Shown here in pieces: positions 20,605 through 32,600 of a stretch of 64,000 nucleotides of DNA. Source of the stretch: Phoronis australis (lineage: Eukaryota; Animalia; Phoronida); the NCBI GenBank assembly GCA_002633005.1, contig NMRA01000516.1:37346-101345 (forward strand). The letters are read 5' to 3'. The number at the start of each line of letters is the position of its first letter. Positions within the stretch are counted from its first letter, which is position 1. The position numbers were made by a program, and so were the translations under genes. The notes below the pieces were generated by a model. That model was not told the DNA's origin, ran no database searches, and saw nothing but the letters and a program-made list of their open reading frames with translations.

Positions 20605-23600
20605 CTGAAAGGAACATACATTCTGATTATGATCAAAGGAAATAATACATTTCGATTATTACCAAAGATACATTTCCATTATGATCAAAGGAAGGTACAT
20701 TCCGATTATGATCAAATTACGGAAGATACGTTCCGATTATGATCAAATTAAGGAAGATACATTCCGATAATGATCAAAGGATGATACATTCCAATTATGA
20801 TAAAAGGAAGATACATTCCCATTATGATCAAAGGAACATACATTCCATTTCCTATTATGATCAAAGGAAGGTAGATTCCGATTGTGATCAAATTAAGGAA
20901 GATATATTCCGATAATGATCAAAGGAAGATATATTCCGATTATGATCAAAGGAAGATACATTACGATTATGATAAAACGATGATACATTCTGATTATGAT
21001 CAAAGGAAGATAGTAAATTCCGATTATGATCAAAGGAAGGTACAATAATTCCAATTATGATCAAAAGAACATACATTCCGTTCAACTGAACCCCCCGTGG
21101 AAAAGGTCCAGCCCCAGCCTATCCCTTAAAGATAGAAATTAGATGGACAAGAAAATTGTTGCAATTACTGGTACTACTAACTACAATGATAACTAAGTTA
21201 GTAAGAATTTTGAATTTACTACTAATTCAAAACCCTACACGTAATCATCGGGCTGTACCCGGCCAACTTCGCCTGAGTGGTATTTGTGTAGTTGGCAGGA
21301 TCATGCACACGATTAAAGGAGGCTTGAACACGCGTGGTGGATACATACTAGGGTAACAACAGAGTCTACAAGTAAATGTCTATTCCTAGCTACTACACAG
21401 CAGCAAGAAACATGCCAAAAAGTACTGTGGTATGCATGCTTTAAAATCAACTAAGAAACAAAACAGCATAAAATAGGTTTATTATCTGCTATTTTGGCAT
21501 ACTTGTTAGCATAGTATGATAAAGTGCAGGCATTTTCAAATTTCGAATTGAAGGTGCTCGTTTAATATGTTGTACATTCAGTGTCCACTTTGATTGTGGA
21601 TTGGTGGATTGACATGCATGCGTGTACACTTGCGTGTTCATTTCGGTTCTTTTAAATTCCATACATGCATTTCACTATGGGCAGCCCTTCATCAGAGCTC
21701 AAAAACCAGACATTGAACTACTGTGTTTTCTTGCACTGAGAAAACCCCCGACGAGCATGTTCACATTATTAGGGAAAAGCAGGTCTAGACCAAACAAAAA
21801 CTTTTTTCAATGAAGAAAGTCTTGTCATGTCAATCAGTGTCACGGCCTCGCAGACTTCATACGAGGAACAAACTTGGAGCAAGATTTCCACGATAACATG
21901 TCATCATTCCGAAGGTTTACTACTACAAAGGTCCTCTACTTTGAAGGTTTGCTACCTTCGAACGTTCACTACTTCGAATGTCCACAATTCCGAAACCAGA
22001 ATTCTGACAGATCATCATGTCTGCTAATGTGTCACAACCGACATGAATAGAGTATTGTATTAATGTGTCCATTTAGTAACCATTTAAAGGGTGTGCAAGA
22101 GTTGAATAGTTGTTATAACATTGACTGCATCGAGATCAGTTACAATCACAGCCAATCATGATTCTTGAATCTAACTAACGACTCATTCTCAAGCAGGTAC
22201 AACATCTGGGGCACAGGTCAGGGCTGCGCCGACCAACGGCGGTTTTAAATTTAAGAAGACCGAATGGGACTCACTGGTTTCGTGAAGACTGATAGGGACA
22301 GGGAAGCTCACTAACTGCACTTAGTTTCGACCCAGCCGTGAGTCTGCGTGGTTGCGGTGGGTGAGTTGGGGTGCAGTGGCCATTAAACTTTTCAGTCGTG
22401 CTGTGAAATGATGAAATCTTGACATGGCTTTGATGAATGTATCGTGGTTGATGATTCATCAATATTCCTACTTTGCATTCTTTTAAAAATGTAAGTACGC
22501 ACTCATTGTTCTGTATTTGTAAAACACGGGAAATTAAAACAAAATGTTTTAGTACCGAGGTCTGCGCACGTCTGGTACAACGTGTATCAGACCACCTGCG
22601 ATTATTATTTTTTATTTTAGTACCCTGGCATTGCTTTCGATATAGGTGCACCACTCAGGGAATCTGATAAGCGCAGTATTGTTTATTTTTTCATGTAAAA
22701 GTGCAAAAAAATTCACCTGAATCCAAAATTTTTTATTTTTTGGAGAAGCGAACATTCAGATACTGAACCTTCAGAATAGTGGACTGTTCCTATTTTTAGC
22801 AGTGCAAGCAACTTAAGTAACACACAAAAATACAACTACATATAAATTTAATATCAAGTCATTCTCCGACTAAACATTTCTGTCCGAGTACGTAATGAGG
22901 TGTAATCACTTATTTATTAAGCACACCTGATTTAAAAGTTTTGCAGTAGGTACTGCAAGAACGTTCTCTTTCTCAACCATACTACATCCGAATTTGAGTC
23001 CCATCTTTTGCGAGCAATGTCTGTCATGGCATCTTCATTTCTGGTATTACGAAATCTGAGCTTAGAGTCAGACTTCCTTTGTTGTGCCATGGGTCTTACT
23101 GAGAACTCTACTGTGTCAACGTTTGCAAAAATATCAAAGATCCACTGTTCTAGAAATTTAAACAACCCTCGGCGCAATGCTGACTACAGACTGCATAAAA
23201 TGTGACGCTGTGACGAGTCAATTTGTAGAGCCTCATCTCAAGCAACAATGCATCCAACGTGATGCAAGGCAGCTTTATAGCTGTTTTAAAAGGATACCAA
23301 ACCCTGTTTTGGTAAACAGATATTGAAAATGACTTAGCTAGTATCCAATTCTTTGAAACAAAAGAATGCTCTGAAACCCCTAGACAACCCTCAAAAGTTT
23401 GGAGGATATTTGGGAAACTCCTCTCAAAGTTTGCTACACTGACAAGCGTGACCTACGCATTGAGCAAATTACATAGCAACTGTGGTGAAAGATTACCCAC
23501 CAAAAACCATGATATCCAATCTCTGACATAGGGAGTATATCTGTTAGCAATAACTACTTTTATTCAAGATTGACGCCAATGATGCATTAGCAGATGACTA

Positions 23601-26600
23601 CTTTGCTTAATAGTAAAGTAACTGAAATCAATTGAATGTGCCAATACATTAAAAACTAAGTGGTGGAAATATATGTACTGCCCATTACAACCAAGTGGAT
23701 ATATACTGCCCACTAGAACCAAGTGGAAATTCACTGACCACTACAACCAAATGGAAATAAATATACTGCCCAATACAACCAAGCGGAAATGTACTGCTCA
23801 TTACAACCAAGTGGAAAAATACCACCCATTACAACCAAATCGAAATATACTGCTGATCACAACTACGTGGAAATATATTGCCCACTACAACCAAGTGGAA
23901 ATACACTGCCTAATAAAACCAAGTGCAAATAAAATGGCCCACTACAACCTGGTGGAAATATACTGTCCATTACAACCCAGTGGAAATATACTGCCCATCA
24001 CCACCAAGTGGAAATATACCACCCATCACCACCAAGTAGAAATATACTGCCCATCACAACCAAGAGGAAATAAACTGCCCATTCCAACCAAGTGGAAATA
24101 TGCTGCACATCACAACCAAGTGAAAAATACTGCCCTTTTCAACCTAGTGGAACTGTAATGCCCATTACAACCTAGTGAAAATATACTGCCCATCACATTC
24201 AAGTGGAAATATACTGCCCATTACAATCAAGTGGAAATATACTGCCCATCACATTCAAGTGGAAATATACTGCCCATTACAATCAAGTGGAAATATACTG
24301 CCCATTACAATCTCGTGGAAATATACTGCCCATTACAATCTCGTGGAAATATACTGCCCATTACAACCCAGTTTGTAATGCTCGATTTACTTGAGGCAAG
24401 CTGTTTAATCATAATACGTTAAAGTTGACTTTTAGATAACCCTTAGTGTTTGAACCTAACGGTGTAAAACTTACAGCCTGGAACCAAGTTGATTGACAAC
24501 TGCATCCGTGGAAGATAATGGTGGTTTCCTCAGTATCCAGCACACATCCCAAACATCATACGTCCTATCAAAAATGCCATCCTTGCTGGTGTGGCTGAAT
24601 GGCTATCCACCTCACACCCTCAAGACCCCTACGTATTCCCTAACCTAACACGCATGAACCACACCCTTGGTATGGATGAAGAGCTCCTTGTATCATAACT
24701 ACCAAGCTAACACCCGACAACTCATGTAGTCCCTCACCTGATACACATGAACCCCGTCCTTCGTGTGGATGAGTGGCTCTTTATTCACCTCCGCCTTCGG
24801 TAAACTCTCTGCCTGCTTCAGTGATTTGCTCGCCATCTCCAGTGAGTTGTCAAACTTAACCGTCTCTTTATTCACAACCAGCTTCTTCTTTCGCTCTCGT
24901 GCTTCTTCTGCTACCTGAAAAGAATTTCAAGCAACCAAATTTTGGCAAGTCTGTAAACACCTGCACACACAAACAGTCTTCACCAAAACAAGATTCCTTA
25001 AATACTTGAAAACAACACCATGCCCTACAGATGTTGGGAATACAGTTGGGTTAATTTCTTCCACAGCACACTAGATGGACAGGTGTCAGTTGGTGCTCTG
25101 ACTGATACAAATTGGAAAATCTCAAATCACGTTACTATGAGATCAGCTGAACAATTTATGCTTAGTGAATCAAAGTGTACAGATTCACAAAAAAGAGTCA
25201 CCACTCCAGAAGTCTGCTATTACCTGAATCTTCAGCTGTCTATCTTCATGATCAGGGACCAGAGCCTGGATATTTTCAAGAACTGACTTCTTTTCTTGGT
25301 CGGATGGCTCTTTAGTTGTGTGTAGGTCGGGCACAGTCACAGGCCTGTGTTCCTGAACAGAGGCAAGCCTGCAACAGGGGGCGCTCAATAGTGCAGCAGT
25401 GATGCTCATAGACACTTAATTTCAATTTTATGCTAAAGAGTTTGAAACTGCATAGTGCCGAGTTATCAGCAATCGAATACGAGCTGGAATCCATCATGTG
25501 GATAACTGATCTGCGTGCATCCATGATACCTATGAATAACAGGTGATATGTATGTGTCTGTGACACCTATGAATAACAGGTGATCTGTGCGTGTCTGTGA
25601 TACCTATGAATAGCAGGTGATCTGTTCATGTCCGTGATACCTATGAATAACTGGTGATCTGTGTGTGTCTATGATACCTATGAATAACTGGTGATATGTA
25701 CGTGTCTGTGATACCTATAAATAATAGGTGATCTGTGCATGTCTGTGATACCAATGAATAATAGGTGATCTGTGCATGTCTGTGATACCTATGAATAACT
25801 GGTGATATGTATGTGTCTGTGATACCAATGAATAACAGGTGATCTGTGCGTGTCTGTGATACCTATAGATAACAGGTGATCTGTGCATGTCTATGATACC
25901 TATGAATAATAGGTGATCTGTGTGAGTCTAAGACACTTAATCAAGAAAGCTCACGGAACTGAATGTTGTAAATTGCACTTAAATGTTGATTTATGAAAGC
26001 GAGAGTCATACCGTTTTAACGTAAATAAAGTTCCTGTCAGTTTCTTGCACTTTTCTAAGGCGTCTTCAAGCCTATCAGGCTCCTCCTTTAAATATCTGCA
26101 AACAAATAGATTAGTTGTATACATGGTGGGATGGGCTGTCGCCTGTTAGCACAAGTCACTATTCATATTCTGATGTCCATCGCGACATCTACTTTAAGGT
26201 ATTTGTAGACCAGTCATTGACGGGCAAATGCCCATGAGGGTTGTCTGGAGACCTTGTAAATTGAGGCAGTCTTTTTATAGGACTTTGTGAAGTGTGGCTG
26301 TATCGTTGATGTACGTACAAGAAAGGATTAAATTGCAGTCGCTGGTCTTATTATTTTCTTGTGAATCGCAAACCCATGACATATAGAAAACAGAATAATG
26401 GGAATCCAAAAATTGAAACTTTAATCAAAGAAAATTCTTCAACATTTAGCCAAATGTTAGAGGCCAAAGTTACATATAACATAACTGAATGTCATACTGA
26501 GGTAAAAACTAAACAGTGGAAGATCAAGCAAACCCTAAAAGTGAAGTTGAATGTCACAAAAATCATGGCTATTCTTTACACTATCTGGCCACAGTAAGTT

Positions 26601-29600
26601 TTTATTAGCATCACGTGTTCCGTGTCAGTTCCTGCCTGTGAAAGTTTGCAGTTTTAGGAACTACTCAGACTTAGTTTCGGCAATTTTGTTGGGACTCAGT
26701 TTGTAATAAAAGGCTTTATAGTACATTTGTCAACAAAAAGTGGTGACATTTTCCCTTATGGCCAATAAAACGAGCGTGCAACCTCAAAAAATGAAGATTT
26801 TGCAGAAGAAAGGAGCTTAACGTCTGCTATTGAGACTCCACAAATTTCAACCATTTGATTTTACCAAAAAACAAACAATACACTTTATGCTTTAACGCTT
26901 GACAAAATGTTCAAAAGTCCAGGAATTTCCCTTTAATATTTACTTTGATTTAAGTTCCATATTTGAAACCCCACCGTAGACATAAGGCATGATGGGGACA
27001 TTGTTGGAGTTTACGCAGTAAAATTGTTCAATAGTCCTTTTGCGAGTTAATCACAATGACGCAAGACTATGTGAGACTTAACTGTAACGTCACCGGAAAT
27101 GGGGCAAAAGCTTGTCGTTCGGCCATTTGCCCGATACGGTAGCACAGTGTTCCTATTGTTTATTTAGAGCTTTTAATCTTTTAGTGTGAAAAGTGTCAAA
27201 CAAGCATTGCTGTTATGGTAAATGAAATTCAGATTCGCACTACAATTTGTTCCACCGCGTTCTCTACTAATTTCGTCTCGTGTATTATACATGGGCGGTA
27301 GGCAAAATCTGCTCACTGATAAGGTTTTCACCTTGTCAAAAATACATTCTACACCTAAAATTATCACCTACAAACGCGCTTACTTTTTTCAGTGGTCCTT
27401 TCTGTTTCTAAACATATCTTCGATGAAGCATAGCTACTGGAATTCAGGTGACTTTGGCAAAGAATTGCAACCCCACTTTTTGGTTACTGTTAACTTTGAC
27501 CACGCGCACGACGACCACTCAACTGAGTCAGGTGAGTATGAGGCAAAAGGCTAGCGCGAGACTGAGCGAAGCGCATGACCTGGCGCGTGACACTTGCACA
27601 ACATCATGGGAAGATATCGCGGGAAATTTATAAGATTTGTGTCCCTTGGACTTTTTGTTCGTCACCAGGCATGATTACATGTAACTTCCTCAAAATGGCG
27701 CCAGGTGAGAGAAACTCGAGCAAACCGCGAGGTTTTCATGGATATGTTCAAGTTATTTGTAGACTAAATTGTATCCAGTCTCATGGTACATGTTAACTAT
27801 AACTCCATGTGGACATATGCATGTTTCATTTGATTTTATTTGCCGCACTTTAATATGAATAACTTTTTATGGGGATACACTATCGCCCCTGTACGCCTAC
27901 AGCATTCAGGCCTAGACCGGATTGAGTTCCAATTTCAGTCCGTTCACAGCTTCACACAACATAAGTTCACATTTTCTTTGTCCATTCATAGTTATTCCAT
28001 GATCCATCTGCCATCTCTTGTGTTAACGTTTTAAGCGTAAAATTCACCATAAGAACTCCAGTAAAATTTAGCGTGTGTGACAAAGACTCGGGGCAAAACA
28101 CGAGCAATATGGCAGGGTTTGCCCTCCTTCCAGTGACATCACATTGACTAACTGGAAACTCGCAAGCGAGCTATTACACTTGAAAAATACAATCAACTAG
28201 ATTAGTCTGCACTAGAATAGAATAGTCCGCACTAGAATAGAACCCATCCAAAATAAAATGCAATCAAATTAATTTTGTTAGAAAGCCCTCATTATAATGT
28301 TGCCATGACGATGATCATAATGCACAAACATACTTCTCTTGTTTGACTACAACATCCACCTCCGCAGACAACGTAACCTTGAGATCTTGTGCAACTTTTG
28401 GAAACTGGCCTGAAATGGAAAATTATTATTCAGCACTAATATCAAGCAATGCTTGCTTTAACAAAACTCAACAAAAAATGTTCCTTTAAGGTTAGGGCTG
28501 TTCCAGCAAAATCTGTGTGGGAGGGGGGAAGGCAACTGAAATAAAAATTTATGGGTGGTTGCGTTTGATTTAAATTCAAAATGGCTGGTGGTCGTACTTC
28601 AAAAAAATAAAAATTTACAGGTCGTTGTTGTTTCATTGTGCCATAAATATTTGATGGTGGGTAATTTTAGTAAATTTTATAAACAATCCGCACAGAATCA
28701 AAAACTGAAAGAAAAATGCAACTTGCAAAAAGCTCCGATTTTTTCACTCCCTCCGATCTCCTCATTGGCATGCCCATAACACCATTTAACCACAGGTGCT
28801 CGAATTTCTCGATGGCTAATCACCATAAGAAACATATGTTTTCTTAGTAATGAATGACGTTAGTGGTGATGGAGGAACAGATAAACTCAAGCGCCTGTGC
28901 AGTCAACCACAAGAACAAAAAAAAATTACGGGTGGTTGCATTTCAAACTTATAAAAAATTAGTAACAGGTGGTAGGCTGAAGAAATAAATGAAAAATATG
29001 GGTGGTGGGTGCGAAAAAAAGGTGCCTTCCCCCCCTCCCATACAGATTTTACTGGAACAGCCCTTATCTCAAACCTTAATTAGTGGCCTCGATTCTAACT
29101 CATATTATCAAACAAGAGCAGCGCGGAGCGTTGAAATGCACCCATGAATGCATCGCAAATGGTGTGCTTTTAGGGTTGCTTATTTGCATCATAAAAATGG
29201 CCACTAGATGGCACAAAAACAAACAATCCATCTGAAAATGGGAAAATGTCATTGCTTCTTTAATAGAAAGTGATACACCAAATTTCATACAAATCTGCCA
29301 CGGAACTTCAGAGAAACAAAATAAAACAGAATAAAATGAAATTACCACTAGGGGGCACAGTGTTTGTTGGATCATCCTTAAAGTAGTCATTGTCTGTTGT
29401 AAGCTTCATATAAATACACTCACAAAATTTAATAAATATCCTGCTGTGGGCTTAGGAGATACAGCTATGGGCACAAAACAAAACAAAACTACCACTAGGT
29501 GGCGCCAGAGTAGTCAAAGTCATCATCATCAAATGTCCTCTTCACACTGAGCACATATATGCCAATTTTCAAAACCATCCTTAGAAAGATTTGGTTGATG

Positions 29601-32600
29601 GAGAAGTAGACGCCAAAAAACAGACTCGAAAACAGCGATAATGTCTACTAGCTGGCGCAAAGTACCTTGATTCCATCCAAAAACGGGAGGAAAGCATCAT
29701 CTCACCAATAGATGCCCGTATTCAAAATTTTATGAAAATCTGTTGAGGACCTTTGAAGATACAGAGGTAAACGTAAAACTAAAATTGCCACCAGGGGGCA
29801 TACCAATAGTCAGAAAATCATCGTCGTCCGTTGTCAACATCATATAACCACACTTCTTAAACTTAGTAAAGATCCTGCAAATGGTTTAGGAGATACAGCC
29901 ATGGGCGCAAAAAAATGCCACTAGGATGCGCTACAGTAGTCGAAGTCATCGGAAAATCATCCTCAACCATGCACATCATAGTAAAAACATACATGCCAAT
30001 TTTCACAATATTATGCTGAAAGCAATTTGGTTGATAGAGGGGTGGACGCCAAAAAACAGACTCGAAAACAATCTGAGAACAGAAAGATAGCGTCACCTCA
30101 CTAACAGAAGCCTGTACGTCAAATTTTATGAAATTATGTTGAGGACCTTTGAAGTTAAAGAGATACACATAAAAAAAGAAAATTGCCACTAGGTGGCACA
30201 CCAGTTGTCAGATCTGTTCAAAAGTCATCATTGTTCATTGTCAACATCATATAAATGCACTTACTAAATTTAGTAAACATGCTGCAAACGGTTTAGGAGA
30301 TATAGTCATAGGTGCAAAAAAAAACAAAACTGCCACTAGAAGGCGCCACAGTAGTCAAAGTCGTCAGAAAATCATGGTCAACCATCCTCTTCATAGTAAG
30401 AACATACATGCCAATTTTCACAATCATGCTCAAAGCGGTTTGGTTGATAGCGGAGGGGACGTCAAAAAACAGACTTGCAAACAGTAAAAATGGCCACTAG
30501 GTGGCGCAAACTATGTCGAATCCATCCCAAAACAGAAGGATACCGTTGTCTCACTAATAGATGCCTATATAGCAAATTTTATGAAAATACGTTGAGGACC
30601 TTTGAAGATACAGAGGTAAACGTAAAAAAATAAAATTGCCACTAGGGGGCACACCGGTAGTCGGATCCGTCGGAAAGTTTGCTCATGCCGTGCCATTCGT
30701 TAAAGGAACACATGTGCAAAATTTCATGAACATATGGCAATCAGTTTTGGAGACAGAACAGCGGACGCCGGATATCGGACGGACGCCGCCCGGACGGAGA
30801 TGACGGCATAATGCGTCCAAATATAAATATGTGGGCGCATAAAAAGTAAGCTTTGCCATAAATATGTGGGCGCATAAAAAATAAGCTTTGCCAACTAGTA
30901 AAAGTATATATTTTCTGAAAAAAAGATCAGGGTTTATAAAAATGTTTTATATTTACGTGCCATTGTTATCATTAAGTCAAAAATTCATTCTTAAGAAAGG
31001 TAATATTCACAGCAAAGCAATGCCTTGGGCGATTTTAATGACACTTTTTAAATGAAAACTTCACCAGTTAACTCAAAAACATTGTTTAAGAATTTTAAAT
31101 TAGTGTCTTAGTTTGGTTTCTATGACAAATGAACTCACAAAACCTATTAAGATATTTTTATAAAAAATAGCAAACATATTCGTCTTTGTTACATGATGAA
31201 AAACTAGGCCTTTATATTGAAAATCCTAACGGCGTTTTTGAGACTGATGAACAAAATTTATGTTTGGAGAGTTTCAGTGACATCCATCTGAAGCCGTTTT
31301 TGAGAACTCGTGTTAAAGTTCAAATTATTAAGTTGATTTGTCGAGGAAAAGAAAAAGCTGATTAAGTAGGAACACGTGAACATCTCTTTGGTTAATTATT
31401 TGGTGAAAACTTGTTTATGGTCAATATAACCTGTACATGCCTTAACCATGAACGCTATTTCAACATTCACTCACAATGTCAATGTTAAAACATTAACTTT
31501 GTAACAGTATCCAGTCCAAGAGACGGTATCAACTGTTGACCTACTTAAATATTGTTATACACGCCATGCGCTGGGAGACTGATATGAAACCAAGTACGAA
31601 ATGGATAATAGAAATCGCATCTGTGGTTAAGTCACCTTGTGAACATGAGACCTAAACAGCAAAATGTCAAATTAATACCCGAATTAACGAATTTGAGTGA
31701 AGATTTATATCTTTTCATAACTTGCTGTGTTCGTGAAACAAAGTCACAGAGCCATGAGGCGACTTGGAGCATTGATTCGTTCTCAACGGTCGTATGCATG
31801 CAGGCCCACAACTCTCTCAGGATTAAAACTTTGTTTTGTCTTCGTTTGCCCAAGCATCTTTCCATCAAATATACACCTTGTTGACTCAATACTATGGCGA
31901 CTTGGTGCAAACGGTGCTACTCTGTGCCCGGCGGGAGATTTGAGTGTCACACCTATAACCTTTGACCTCAGATAAGTAGGAAGCATGAACTTTAAAATTA
32001 GCGCGTAAGTAAATAACGACATATCTATCCAACGTTTTGGTTTATTACTCTAAACCATTGTCAAGGAAACAGTTCAGACTCAAAACAGGCGACACAGGTA
32101 GAGAAAGACTGTACAGGTATACATGAAAATGCATTGTGAGGGGGAGAGACCAGAAATCAAAACAGTTGGTGCTCAAATGAACCAATGTTTCTATTGAGGT
32201 AACGCTCAGCATGATTCAACCGTATATGCATAGCCTCCTTTATGAGGAGCCTAACGGTGGCCTGAGGGTAAACATATTTCCATGTGGTCATGCGGTTCCA
32301 AGGTGGTTCTGCTTAATATTGTTTCTCGCTATATGGTAAATATTTCGTATTTGATGTTCCCCCAGAATGAAGATATTTTGCTAGACATATGTGAAATATA
32401 ATGTAAAAATGGCTAATTATTGTGAATAAGCTTTGAGATATCCTTAATCCAGATGAAGATGACGACTCAGTACAAACGAGTAGCATAAGCCTAAGACTGC
32501 ATCAACACTACACGATCTCAACTGTTCAGGAATGTTGCAAATTGTGAAAACAACTTCACAAGCTGTGTGATTATATGTTTACTAACTTATCTCTGTGTAG

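Noticed and set aside
25430-25925. 37-bp repeat as an amplified splice acceptor (TTATTCATAG|GTATC) feeding an exon at 25529
   Set aside because: In the required phase the frame stops within about 21 codons. The conserved RLASVQEHR exon uses the acceptor at 25369.
26900-27800. CpG-richer intronic block with ORFs of 61-110 aa as a nested gene or promoter
   Set aside because: No recognisable domains or defined termini. Probably a transposon remnant that I cannot delimit.
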